From: Eimeria praecox
Taxonomy: Eukaryota
DNA: 64,000 nucleotides
NCBI GenBank assembly: GCA_963920595.1
Contig: OY986946.1
Location: forward strand, 8,742,001 to 8,806,000
Direction of reading: 5' to 3'
Each line of letters starts with the position of its first letter. Position 1 is the stretch's first letter. This document shows positions 1 through 13,600 of this stretch, in pieces. Both the position numbers and the translations under genes were made by a program. The notes under the pieces are model-generated. The model ran no database searches. It saw only the letters and a program-made list of their open reading frames with translations, and was not told the DNA's origin.

Positions 1-155
1 GCTGTCCGAGGTTCGGCACGAGCTGGCTCACGAAGGCTGCTTGTCTGTGCTTGAGCCTATGTGTAGATGTTTAGGGCTTTGTGTGAAAGATTGACGTTGT
101 AGGCTCCATAGCCTTCTGTTCCTCAGCATTTGTGTGTGCTGTCTTGGTCTTGCAG

Positions 156-717
156 GCGGTGGAAGAGGCAGAGGCCGAGGCCGCGGGTGGGTTCGAGGCG
201 GAGGCGATGCAGGCAGGGACGGGTTCTACAGGGGCCAGGAATCCTCCAGCGTGGTCACGTCAGGGTTTAACTTCCGAGGAGGCCGAGGTGCCTTTAGAGG
301 TGCCTCGCAAGGGGGCCTCGAGACCCGCAAGATATCACCCCTCACGGGGTCGGCATTCATGGTGAGTAGTCAGTGTTAACCCTCATACCCTTGTACTGGG
401 CATTACAGTGCTAATGGCATAGCGACAGAGGCACACGCACTGCAAGAGACACAGAGCGGATGGAGTGCGCTAGCTAGAAAAACTGGTGGGCGTGAGACAA
501 TGTGATAAGACAGAGCAGAGGTGAACGAAGAAAAATGGGGAATGGAGGCAGGCTGTTGTGCGCCAACAGGGGCCACACCACTACACTGACGGCCCCCCCG
601 GTGTATCCTTTATGTATGTGTTTGCCCACAGGACTGAATATTTGTTTTCTTCTGACAACTTCACCGCAGGATGTACAGGGGCTGCCTCAACCCCATCAGC
701 AGCAGCTACGGTTGTAG
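156..717 (+). CDS. 3' exons of an RG/RGG-rich protein (possible RNA-binding protein); 5' part lies upstream of the window
   Basis: Acceptor ttgcag at 153-155. Exon 156-361 reads GGRGRGRGRGWVRGGGDAGRDGFYRG...FRGGRGAFRG and ends at donor ATG|GTGAGT. Acceptor ccgcag at 667-669 leads to a terminal exon ending TAG at 717. An alternative frame (AVEEAE...) is also open. Confidence 0.5.
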
Positions 718-1303
718 CAGCTGCTGCAAAACGGTGAAGGCTGCAGCTACAGCTACTGCAGGCACTGCAGCAGCCATGCAGTAGTTGCAGCTCGCTCAGG
801 ACGTGACGTCGCGTTTATGCGATGCCTTTAGCTGGGATATAATTTGGTTGCATTTAAAGGACAGTTTATGTTCTGGAGTGTTTCGGTCTGTGCACCGGCT
901 GCCTCGGCTTGTTGAGAGTGAGGCAGCAGGAGACTGACGGAAAAGCGATGGTATGTGTTTGGGGGACTGGATTGAGGGTATTTATTGGAAAGGCTGTAAA
1001 AAGACCGAGGGGTCAATATTTATTGAGACAAGAGCAATGAGCAACACACCCTGGGCGCACGCGCTGAAGGAAGAGCTTGCTTCCGTAGGAGCGTGCGGCG
1101 TTAGGCATTTGACCGAACGAAAATAACATAGTAGGAGGCAGGAGCGGCCCAGCTAGCGTTGGGGCCTAGTTTCTGGCTACAGCCAGGAGTGGAGGAGTGC
1201 GATCTGGCCTTAGCAGAGTTGTGTAGTTTGCGGGTTCGGCGCAGTGGCAAAAAGTGCCTCCCGTGGGCAGCCAGATGCTACACCCTCAGTTTTTCAACGG
1301 AAG

Positions 1304-3301
1304 CTAGCTATACAGCCCGATAGGAAAGCCACAAAGACAACCCAAGATGCTGGCCCTCGTCACAGTGAGAGGACCGTAGGCACTGTACGACCTACACCTG
1401 CCATGCATGTACATGGGCATACAAAAAAAGTGCAGTCGGAAAATGCAAATAGGCATGCAAGGCAAATGCCCCAACAAGAATAACCAATTGTAGCAACTGC
1501 TGGTGAATCTCTTGGGATCACCACCAGACATATGCTCCTGTTTCCGTTTCGTCTGGTGCATATATTGCATCAGTGCAGCAGCGGGTCCGTATTTTGCTGT
1601 TGGCACGCTGGACGTCTCCGCGATCCACTGCAGCTGCAACAGCAGCCACTGCTGCAGCAACACCTTCACGCGTGGGCTCAGCGAGTGAAATCTGCGGCAC
1701 TTCGGCGTTGCCCGCAGCAACAGCCGCTGCTGCTGCTTCGGCGGCCGCTCTCGCTGCGCCTCGGAGTGGTTTGAAGGGCCATTTCAGCAGTCCGTAAGTG
1801 TCTCTCAGCATCTCCAGCTGATGAGGCTCGTATGGGAAGCGCGGCACCTCCTGCTGCAGCACCGAAGGGAAGTGGGGGACCGGCACGCAGTCTCTCGAGG
1901 AGTCACAAGGACCACCAACACCTTTTGGATCGATCCGCTGCATTAGCCAGCGTAGCTCCCTGTCCCTGTGCAGCAAAGCCTGAGTCAGCGGCACCAGCAC
2001 AATCACACCATGAAGCTACAGCCCACGTCCTATCCACTCACGTGTCTCACACGCACAAGCACTGTGGTTCAATTGCAGCACTTCAAGCTGCTCCTGCTGC
2101 GGCAGTCACTGTTTCTGCTGCTTACTTTAACCTCCGGCAAGCGGTAGAGCTCCGGTGGAACGAAAAAGGCGTTTGCAGGGGGGTTCCCGGGATTTTGCTG
2201 CACCAGCAGGTCCGCCCAGAGTAGCAGCAGCCGCGGGGTGCCAGATGCCTTACGGAGCAGGCAGCACTCAGCTGTCTTTAGACGGCCAAAGCGCTGCAGC
2301 AGCAAATCCTGGAGGTGAAGACGGGTCGAGAGGACTACCATATCACGATGAGCAGCAGACTTGAACTTGTACGGTTGACTTGCAGTTGCACACGCTTCTG
2401 CTCCGTGCATTCCCGGGGATGCGGAAGTTGTCGACCGGTTTGCTGCCGCTGCTGTAGCACTGCAGCGGATGGAGCCACGAGTACCCCAGCTAATGCTTCT
2501 ACGACAGGTCATACGAAGCGACGGGTTTCTCATCAGCATGTGCTGCTGTTGGTATTGCTGCTGCTGCGGCGGCGTCCAAGCCCCGGGATGTGCTGGTGCA
2601 CGCTGGGTCTGTTGCTGCGGTGAAGCATAGAAGGGGCGCGGCCCCTTGCAGACCCTTACTGCCGGCAACCTTCCATGGCCTGCCCATATTAGAGGACTCA
2701 CCATGGCGAATCTCCTGCTACTTCTGTTGCAGCTGCACCTGCAGCTGCAGTGTGGGCACGGAGAGGCGTCTGCACAGCGTGCTGCTGTAACTTGCTGCTG
2801 TTAGCTGATTGTGGGCGAGAAAATGAATAGAGCCACGATTTCACGCCTTGGAACAAGGCTATGAATACGAAGGGGCGTGCTTCGACCAGTGCGTAGTCGG
2901 CTGCAGGTGGGGCACCCGCTGGCATAGCGAAAGGAAGCCCACCTTGGTATTTGAACTCGCTGAGTTAGACGAAGTGCATAATTAACTCAGTAGGGCAAGC
3001 GGTCCCAGCAATACACAGAAGAGGAGCAACGCCTCGCAGTATGCCAGTGCTACTGCCACGCAGTGCAGCCTACCTGAACATAACCGACTGTGCTCTTGTA
3101 CATGTCACTCCACGGCACAAACATCAAATACCCAGCTACAACAATATAATTGAAGTTTGAATACTGCCGAATACTAGCGTTGGGCGTCTGATGGCGGCTT
3201 GAGCATTAGGCGACCTCTGGATGCAGAGGTAGCCGACACTCCAATTGGAGCCCGCTTCGATGCAGAGCTGCGAGCCTACCGGAAATAATCCGAAGCAGCA
3301 T
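1304..3301 (-). CDS. Multi-exon hypothetical protein
   Basis: Phase-consistent 3' exons with canonical sites: ctccag|DLLLQRFG...FFVPPELYRLPEVK|gtaagc (~2308-2123), actcag|ALLHRDRELRWLMQRIDPKG...TGAYVW|gtgatc (~1979-1522), ggcag|CRSYSAYG...CLCGFPIGLYS* (~1397-1304). Upstream exons and the start (~3301) are ambiguous. No family recognised. Confidence 0.45.
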
Positions 3302-4749
3302 TTTCTTTGGAAATCCTTCATTTTGCTACTGTGTGCGAAGCTTCTAATGCTCATTTCGGCAACTAGGTAGGGCCGGGGCTCTCAGAAACCTGAATCGCGT
3401 CTGCGGCATGCTGTGTCTGACCTTGGTACGTTGTATTTTTACTCCCGTGCAAGCTGGCTGCTGGCGGCCAAGCAAGCGTTTATCAATCGCCTAAAGTATA
3501 TGTGGATGCATGAAAAGGGGTGTTCCGCGTTTTCGCTTGTGGGATCTTCGCCTGGCAGCAATATGTTGTGCCCTGCATGCCGTTAGAATTCGTATCCATA
3601 GCTGCGCACCGTGAGGCGAACCGGGAGGGTTCAAGCAACTGTTTGAAGAGGCTATACTACAGTCTACAAGCAAATGTAGCAAAGGGGCACTGGCTGTGCG
3701 TGCATGTAGGGCAGCCATCGAGGATTAACTTAAGCAGGGTGTGTGCTGCAGCCCGCGACAGCCCGGCCCGTGCTCGCAATAGCCGTAACCGTCGAGCATC
3801 TGTGCCCAGGGTTCCTGGAGGATGGAGGAGAGGGAACGTCTTTTTGCTTACCCTTTCTTTAAGTTGTTGAACCTACTGCTTGCGGCAGGCCTCGGTTAAT
3901 ACCGCGGACTCTCCTCATACTTGGTAGCGTTGAATGGCTAAAATGCGAACAACAAACTCCACCCATTTACCAGGGTGGTTTAGTGCGTAGCAACAACTTG
4001 TTAAAGATTTAAAAGAATCTTGGAAGTAACCCCGAGGGCATTTTCCCCCCAGATCCTTATCTAAACAGCAAACCCTCTTGCATACGGCATATTGATCATG
4101 ACCTTCCCTCGGGTGAGGAGGATCCGCATTCGGGAGCCTTGAGCAGCAGAACCAAACCATACAATCCTGTGGGGAATGCACTCCCACCAAGAGCAATTCA
4201 TGGCAACTGCCCTCGCCCTTGCTGGCCATCAAAACATGATGGGTGCGACGAAGCTGAGGCAGTTGAGGAGCTCCCTTGTCCTTCAACCCACACATTCGTA
4301 TTCAGGGCACATGGGAAAATCTACAATTGGCATTAGCATCTTGTTTCGAGAAGTGGACGCAAGCAGATGGGGGCTGTATCTAAGCAAATATTACGTTTCC
4401 CCGATGCACACCATGATCATGCAAGCCTTCCGGGATCGTCTTCGACACTGATTCAGTGAGAGGCCTGCAAGGGTGGTGCGGCGGAACTGAAAAATCATAA
4501 GTAAGGGAAGCTGCCGATTGAAGTCTCCATCGAGGAATATTAATCACTGGCCAACAGAATTCCAATGATAGACTCGGGTCTTACATCTTATTAGCTCATA
4601 GCGAGGGCTTCCCCTGGAGAGAGACACTCGCTAACCGGGTGGGAAGCAGTTGGGCAATCAAAGGGTAGAGGCGATGAATGTGTCTAGATGATGGAGTACC
4701 GCCACATTAAAGAAGAGAAGAAGCAGCATTTCCAAAGCCATAACTGAAA

Positions 4750-7345
4750 AGTACACGAGTGAAATAGGAAACAGTCCAACTTTAGAGCCGGTAGGTCTTT
4801 AGTCTGTGAACTCCAGACTACCCAGGAAAGGGATTAGAAGAGTAACTGGTATCAGTTAGCGAACCGTGCACCCAGAAAGCTGAAAGGACGCACCGACCCC
4901 TGTATCTGCTTCTTTTGCGAAGCTTCTAAGGGCATAACAATTATAGGGCTAAGGAGCTGGAGAAGGAGGGCTTCCAGCAGCACTTCCAGGGAAGCGAATT
5001 TATCGGAGAAACACACTACCGCCCCACCAGCGCAAGGTGCAGTGATGGACCTGATGCGGCAGAAATAAATGACAGCCTTATTTTCAGTACCTCTAGCCAA
5101 CTCAGGGCTTATCCAAAATTGTATTAATGTGCAGGGGTTGCAAGCGCCACCACTGGCTAGAAAAAGCACCCAAAAATGGCCTGATTCTCACACCGCTTCA
5201 CAGTAAAGGGGCAGAAGTATCCGGTACGTGAAAAGGGGCTCCATGCGGTCTAGTGAGGGGTAAAGCAGTACCGGCATTCCTTATATGGAACGCATTTCAC
5301 TGTTCAAGCCGTTTATTAATCCCTGATACACCTGACGAAGGCTTTCAGGACTATGACAGTGGAAAGCTCGTTAAGTGGCATTGGCGGCTTACGCAATACG
5401 ACTTCACAGCCAACTAGAACATGGGTATAAATGACACATTCACTGGCACACTCTCCCGAGTCCCTACGGGTCAGGCACTGCTGTGTACAACTGTTCTTAT
5501 CTGCGATAATCCCTTTTTCGCCCCTAAATCGCATTTTTTTAAAACACTCATGCGGGTGCAACCCTCGCTATGACGAACGGCGGGCGGCGGCTTAAGCGCT
5601 ACAGTGCTGAAGACAACCTCTTACAGTAGCCGATGAAGTGTGGACTGCGCCCCTTATACATTCGAGCTTGGATTTGCACAAAATGCACTATCACGTTTTA
5701 GGGGACAGTGGAAATAGCTGTGGAGGGGGATGATAGTCTCATGTGGTGGCCCAGAAGACGCCTCTCAGCTCACGCGTATGTCCTCACTTGCCGGGATGAT
5801 CGACAGGAGAAGCCGCGGAAAACTGTCAAACCTAGACTCTTGCTGAATCTTCTCATCCTAAAGCACATCTGGATGGATATTTCCACGGATTTCATAGTGG
5901 GCTTACCTGCAGTTAGAAGGCTGGGAAAGCATCTCTGCGTCGTTATGGACAGGCCCAGCAAGCCCGCCCACTGCATCCCCTGTTCGACCTCTGTTACAGC
6001 AAAGCCCCAATCATTCATTATTCACGTCTACAAGCTAACGGTTCTCTGAAAAGCATCATCACTGACAGGATCCTGAAGTCCGTTAGCACTTCTTTTACGG
6101 AAATTCATGAAGCGGCGTAATATCGACCATAACATGACCCACAAGAATTATCGGGAGGCGGACGGTTAAAACAAAAGCAATAACAGCACGCTTGTGCAGT
6201 ATTCGCTCACTAGAATCCAGCAATTTTCATCACAGTCGTTAAATTTCTTGCTTGCGAAGAATAGGTTTATAACAGATCAGTGAATCCTCAGACTCGATCC
6301 TCTCCGGCTTCCCTGGCCCACACTGAAACGCCATTGTGTGGCCCGAGGTTCAAGTTTACTGCAGAGGACTAGTGCCATAAGGCGGCAGCCGATGGCTTTC
6401 ACGCATGCAGCAGAAAACTCTTTATACTGCCATTACTGTGTCCTGTCCTTAGCTGTTCAGGAGGACTCACGCGGGGAATGCGTTATATTCACTTTAAAAT
6501 ATGAAGGAATAGTCTTTCATCTGTATCCTGGTTCAAATTCCTTTAAAGCAAGAAGAATTACCATCGATGCGATCATCACATTAACCCCTTGCTGCTCAAC
6601 GCCGCGACTACAGCATCACTTTCGCGACCATCGCAACTAGCCACAGAACCTGGGTGACTGCAAAACCCTCTTGTCCTGAGAGCCTTATTTCATATATAAT
6701 GCAGCAGCATTTACACTAATATGTGCTTTCTGTGCCGCATAGACTTCCAGATGTCCCATTAGAGTACTACTATAGTACTTGTGCGCTGCAATGCATATGT
6801 ATGATAGCGCGAGCCGGAGAATGCATGAAGAAGGCACAAGAATGCCGAGGAAGAAACTATGGCAAACGGGATTCAGCAGCAACGTTTAATCTAGATGGTC
6901 TGCTTCTACTGGATTTGCATGCCTTTTAAAACGCACATGAGAATAACCAACCTACGAAGTTCGCCGCTCGTTGGATGGGGCCTTTCTCTGTTCGTTCTAC
7001 GGTCAATGTGTTGATTTGCATAGCGGGCTCATCTTCAACGCGGGCTAGCCACCATATTATGAGTGAATTAATGCTGTTTTTCTCAAAAGGTTCAGGAAAT
7101 CAACAGCATTCCCTGGACTGTGAGCACCAAGCAGCAGCAATGCCAGACCGAGAGGGAACAAATCAAGGAGACGGAGATCCTGGACAGAGGTATATCAGCT
7201 CACATGGGCGCGAATAACCGAGAATTTTACTTTGAATGTCCACGGGGCCGACGGGCCGAGTGGGTCTCTGAGGATCGCTAACTGGCAGCAATTCCTCACG
7301 AGCGCTTTCCCATTCAGCGAGGGCGACTGCAGACGCGGGGATATG
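4750..7345 (+). mobile_element. Decayed Ty3/Gypsy (chromovirus-type) LTR retrotransposon pol relic: RT fragment, RNase H, integrase, chromodomain-like tail
   Basis: Motifs in Ty3 order, broken by stops and frameshifts. RT-like SASFAKLLRA*QL (~4905-4945). RNase H KYPVREKGL...YRHSLYGTHFTV...GKLVKWHWRLTQYDF...TLSR (~5215-5460). Integrase WWP...WMDISTDFIVGLP...VVMDRPSKPAHCIPC, then KSIITDR (5740-6070). GPF motif KFAARWMGPFSV (~6957-6992). Chromodomain-like EILDR...EFYFECPRGRRAEWVSED (~7174-7276). G-rich tract then TG at ~7335-7345. Confidence 0.85.
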
Positions 7346-10300
7346 CAGTGCTGCCTAAATGTGTTCATTAATTCACTTCTCGGTGGCCTGCACAGTGAAG
7401 TGCGAAATTATGCATATTCCCCCATATATTAGTGCTGTGATGCTCTTATTATTCCTCCTTGATGACCGGCGCAACTCCCTCCATGTGCAGCTAGCCCAGC
7501 GGTGGTGCCTTCTACACTTTTATTCTTGCTGTTTGTTGGGGTAAGGGCACTCAGATTTTGGTGGGCTCGACTCCTGCTCATCGGATGATGAGCTTGTGCT
7601 GCAGCATCCTACCCATGTATATCTTTGTTGTGGTGTCCGCATAAACAGCGGCTCCCATCCTGTGCAAAAGGCAAGAAATGGCGTCACTAAAAGGTGGCCA
7701 CGCCTGTGGGTGATCCCGGTGTCTCGAGCAGACTGTGAGTACCGGCAAGAGCGTAGTGCAGCCGCATTTTCGCGAACGTTGTTCTTCCCCTTTTTCTCGC
7801 GATTCTTCCACTTCCCTTTTGTGCTCTTTCTCATCGATCACCGAGCTCAAGAAGGCGTGCGCCGCTGGGGGGTGCTGGGAGAACAGATGTAACACGCTGT
7901 CCAAGGTGTTGGTGCTCGTATACCAACTTGCTCGCACGCTAAAAGCGCCGGATCAAGAAATTGTGTAAAGACAATCTACAATGCAGCCTACAATGCTAGC
8001 GCATGCACCAAAGAGGCACTGGCTGTGCGCACATGTACGGCTGCCTTATACCAGCACCTGAAGCATGGTACGTTGTAGCCCGTGGCTGTCCTGTACGCTA
8101 CCCCACTAGCCAAGGCCATTGTTAAGCTGTGTCTGGTGCCCAAGGTTCGGAAAGGCTGGAAGGCAGACCAGCTGCTTTTTGCGAACTGTTTTCAAAGTCT
8201 TTGACTCTACTGCACTTCACAACCGTGCTCGGCTAAGATTGACTCTCGCTACAGCGCCCGCCATATTTGGACAGTTCGCAAAGGCCAAGACACCTTTTCT
8301 GTATTGTACCAAGCATAAACGCATTTTTGTTGGATGAGACGTGACCGTTCCAACTGTTTCAATTTGACGAGGCGCCTGGCCTTTTGTCAGAACTCCACCG
8401 GAGGGCACCTGACCAATTTTCATTGCGAGGAGAAAAGGGCTGAAGCTTTCAGCAGCGTCTATGGAAAAATATACGAAATATTGTTTTGCGAACGCCTTCG
8501 CTATTAATCACTGCTATGCACCGGGCATCGCGGCTGCGTTGGTGAGATCCGCTGTTCACATTTGCCGCGAAGAACCATACACTGATGCCAAGCACGGTGA
8601 ATGCTATCGCTCTTAGGTGAGGCATGTAGGGAGCTCCGCCTATAGTTTTGTCTGAGTGATTTTAGTGTCTGTATCGCTATCTACCATTACTTACTAGTAG
8701 TATGACTATGGTGGGCCAAATGTGTAATGCCTGCCTGCACTACACTCAACAATCACCGCGCATGAGGCAAAAAGGGCAGCAGCAGTGTTGCATTTGGAAT
8801 TGTCTTCAATTACTGTGGCAGCAAAGTGCGCTGCAGCTCATGACAGGCATGCCTCTGTCCCCAACAGCTCCAAGCCCTTTGACCGGTGTCCCCAGGGTTC
8901 CTGAGCATTGAAAGGGAGGTCGTCTGTCTTGTTGGAACTACTTTTTAACGTTTTTGATTATATTACCGGTCGCAAGAGTCCTCAGCTAAGAATGGCGACT
9001 ATCGCTACACGGATAGGGTCAAGACCCAGCACGGCATAGTGTACTATATGTCGGTTCTGGTATCTCTGCTTACCCGCAGACTGACTATGGAGGGCCGAGT
9101 AAGCATTTGACGACTCTCCGCGCTGCACTCTACAACGTTAGCGCATGTAAAAAGCAAATTGGGTGCGCATGCATGTCAAGCTGCCTTGCAGCACTAGTTG
9201 CAGCAGATGCGTTCCAGCGCATGAGAGGCCGACCCCCCCCAGCTCCAGGCCCTTGGGCTGCTGTGTCGAGCGGGGCACGAGCTCAGAGGTGAGGTCTCCA
9301 GATTTCCTCAAACATCTACTGTAAGCATCTAGCTTGACTCCAGCTCGCGACGTTCAGCGGATAAGATAGAGGACTCTCGTTACAACAAGACTCATGAAAA
9401 GAGTTCCCGAGAAGCAGTTGACCTCCCCTTAGGTGCCCAAGAGTACTCGAAGCAGCAGCACGAGGCCAGAGAACTGGTGCAAAATGTAGGCGGCTCGTTA
9501 TGAGCTGCCATGCACCTTGTTACAACTAATGTTGCGAGACAGGCCAGCGCACACGCATAGTCGAGAGCCCCTTGCGCTATATGCGCCAACGCTGTATGCA
9601 GTTGTTAAACACTCACTTGGTCCTGCATAGCCAGATTGTTCCCAAGTCGAGACACATGTACCCCAACTCCACACAAACAGTGCTACAGGTTGCGTACTAG
9701 GCGCTTTATCTGCGTAGTGCTGACCCCGTATAGGTGCAAACAGTAGCCAAAGGCCAAGTTTCACGGAAAACATTTGCAGGAACAGAGAATTCCTTATATA
9801 AACAAGCCGGAACTTTTCAAGATAAAAGAACTAGCCTTTTATCCAAGCAGGTTGCCAAGGGATGCACACAGTCTTATCCAGCCCCAAATACTGCCACCAG
9901 TGCCTTGTTAGTATTTGGCACAGGTCATTTTCTAGACACTTAGGTAATTAAGCTCGTTTTTGCCGAAACCTATTTTTCTGTTGCTGTTTTCTACTTTTAC
10001 TGTGAGTACCGGGCCTGTCGTAGTTGCCAGCACTACAAAACCCAGCTAGTACAGCAGACCACTCCCCTCATATTTCTTGCGCTCTAGAGATTCGTCTTTT
10101 TCACTAATTCCTCTCAGAGTAACAGCAACAACAGTCACGTAGCTGTACCTTTGTCTGCAAAGCCACAGGTCTCCCTGTGCTACCGGGCGATAGCCGCATG
10201 CACTGCAGTCTGCACCCCGGCCAGAAGCTCAGGGACTATCTGTCTCGCTGTTGAAAGCAACACGGGTTTGTCTGTAGAACTGGCGAATTCTGGATCTTCT

Positions 10301-10632
10301 TGGGCTATTGGCCGCAACTGTGCCCGACGTGAAGAGAGGGTAGGCCCAGCCGGTGGTTAGCGACGACTTTTTGGCCATCTGGAGCCCGTTCCTGTACAGC
10401 CTGCAGACGCTGCTGAGATTAGATGGAGAAAAACGCGTAGCCACAGTTGGGTGGCTTATTTTCAGTTCCCCCTGCCTTCCTGCCCCCGCACTTTGCCCTT
10501 GTGTTTCGGCCCCCTTTGCGTGCGTTCGCTTCAGGTCCTGAAGGGCCATTTCCACTGGTTTCTTGTAGGCGATTTCTTCGCCATTCTAGTGAAATATTTC
10601 TTCTTTGCGGTTGTGGAGCCGCACACCTGAAG

Positions 10633-13600
10633 ATGGCGGGCGAGGGCGCCAATAAGGAGGTGTGTGCAGCATCCCGTTCAGCCTCTCTGGCTAGGGCGCA
10701 CACACTCCACCTTGTGGCATTCAGCCGACAGTCTATCTGTAAGGCTGCTTCCCTAGTGTCTTCTGGCTTCGCCACAATAGGCATTGCTGCGTGTTGGTTA
10801 ATCGCGTCAGGCCGTGAAGATTGCAGTCCCGTCGAAGGATCCGAAGAAAACGGGAAAGAAATCCAAGGGGGTAGAGGAGATGGTGCGTTCCCGTGTTCTT
10901 CTTCATCTGTGTATCCATATAAGTTTATGTTTGTCCCGGCGCGTGCCTTTATTCTTCCGTCAGTCTCCACGTGCATGATCACTGGATATGCAGGTCTCTG
11001 TCCCTGTGTATTTGACCGACCTGCATCCCAGGCATTACCTCTCTGCTGCCATCGTTGCTGCATGATTGGCTGTAGTTGGCGAGCACTGTGATAGCTCTTT
11101 GCTGCTCTGTTCTGGCATGTAGCTACATAGTTGTCCCGTTACTCAATCTTAGAACGCCTTTTTGTCTGGTTGGCGGCTGAGGTGTTCCGAACTGCCAGCT
11201 GTTGACCAGCCCGTGCTGTGTGCAGACTGAAGATGACAAGAAAATTCAAGAGAATATCGAACTTCTTGTGGAGAGGACGTGCGACAGCGACCTCGGTGCG
11301 GCTTCCCTCTTATCAGTTGTCCACTGTTCCCGCTGGAGCAGGACAGGCTGCAGCAAAGCAGAAAGGTCTTTTTGCTTCATCCGTTGGCCTCGAGTTGTAG
11401 AGACTTCTACGGATCTGGTGCCAACTTGCGGAAGGTTTCCACAGTGTGTGCGGTTTGCTTCAGAGGTCGTGGCTCTGGCACTGGAGACACTCTCTCGCGA
11501 GCTGAAGGCTGCAACTTCTTCCATGACGAGTGTCCCCAAGCCACTCAAGTTCCTCATGCCCCACATGGATAGACTCGTCGACCGCTACAATCAGCTTCCA
11601 GACAAAACAACTCTCAAGGTTATTTTGCTGTCTTCTGCAGAGAGTGCAAAACCCACGTTCCTCTTCGCGTTGCGAAAATACAGTGGCAGTGAAAAAGTCT
11701 TTAAGGCGAAACGGCAAACCTGCTGCTACTACTATTGTCACCACAGCAGAAGGAGCAGCAGCTGCTAGTAGATTGACGAGGCGTACACATGCATTTAATG
11801 TATATGTTCTGGTGCATGTGCTGCCTGCAGCGCAACTTTGCGATGGTACTGTCGGTAACCTGCACAACATCAGGGGACTCGCGGCGTTTATCTCTGCACT
11901 TTTGTTTGGAGGTTCGCAACATGCATGAGCAGTGTCACAGCAACAGCGGCAGCAACAAACACAGTTACTTTGCTCCCGGAGATAGACTGTTTCGATGCCC
12001 TAGTTTACAATATGCAGAGGCAGGCCTTGGGCATCCACGGCCCTCACGCGCGGGTTGAGGCTGCTGTGATTTCTGCTGCACCGTACTTGTGGGATACAGG
12101 CGGAGTGCAAGGACGTTACCTCTTGGGGTTATGAGTACTTGAGAAATCTCTCTGGCCAAATTGCCGGGGCATTTGCGGAGCTGCAGCAACAGGAGGCCTT
12201 GTCAGGTGCTGAGCAACAGAGCACGGCAGCAGAGACAGATGACAGCAGAAGTGCTGCAACTACAGACGCCGTTGAGGTGGATGGCCACGCAGGAGCAGCG
12301 CAAACAACTAACGGCGTAGTCAAGGAGGCAGCACTGGCAGATAAGCCCACCACGGGGCTTGCCTCCGTGAAAGTCCCTCTACCTAGGGTGGAGCAGCTTC
12401 TGCAGTTAGTGGAGGAGATTGTGCCGTATTACATGCAGCACAATGCTGAAGTAGACGCGATTGATTTGCTAACGGAGGTGGAGCGACCGCAATCTCTCTT
12501 GTCCCTCCTGGATGCAAACAACTACCAGCGGGTCGTAGCGTATCTGTTGAGCCTCTCCAACTACGCAGCAAGTGCTGAGGAGGCTTTGAAGGTGCAGATG
12601 GTTGCATTTGATGCTCTCATGCAGCAGCAGCAGCACTTCGATGCCATGCGCGTGGCGCTAAGGCTGGGAGACCGTGCGCTTGTAGAAAAGGTAGTAAAGG
12701 ACTGCAGTGACCCCTTGGTACAGCAACAACTCGCGCTATTGTTGTGTCGGCAGCGGGTAGACATGGAATTTGAAGATGAAAAACTACAACGGCTTGCCAG
12801 CGGCAGCAAGACTTCGCCATTCTTCCGCATTTTGGCGAAGGAGCTCGACGTGCTGGAACCCAAAGAACCTGAAGATGTCTTCAAGAGACACCTGGAGGAT
12901 CCTCACGGCAGGCGGGCTCGTCTTGCTGGTTTGGAAAGCGCACAGCAGAACCTTGCTTCTTCCTTTGTGAATGCTTTCGTCAACTGTGGGTTCGGGACAG
13001 ACAAGCTTATGACGGCTGACGGTTAGCGCCTCATCACGCTCGCAACAGCTCGGCATGCATTGCTCTTCTGGGCTGCACCAAACTTAGTGCACTCACTATT
13101 CCGACTGTCTCGACTTCACGCACCCGTTTCACCTTGGTAGTGCTGACAAAACCCTGAAATGCGGATTTGTAAACCTTACTGATAGCTTATTCCATCGAGT
13201 TCGTGGTGCTAGACTTGTGAGAGCTGGGGTCTTTTCATTTATTGTTGTTTACAACTTATCCTACTAGTGGCGAACAAAGAATATCTTCTAAGCAGTGACG
13301 CCAGCACTTCTGCTTTACGCACATTTGTGTCGATTTGTGCCCTCTCATCTTCATTCTTTTGCAGGAAATGGCTGGCTGTATAAGAATAAAGATCGAGGGC
13401 TGCTTTCGACTACGGCATCTCTTGGAGCTATCTGCCTCTGGAACGTTGATGAAGCGTTGCAGCATCTCGATAAGCACCAGTACAGCAGCGATGCAAACAT
13501 CAAGGCCGGCGCTCTCTTGGGTGTGTGAATCGTATTCTTGTTTGGGTTCCGGCGTCGAGGACTGGCAACGCCATGTAGACGCATATAAGCATGATCATAG

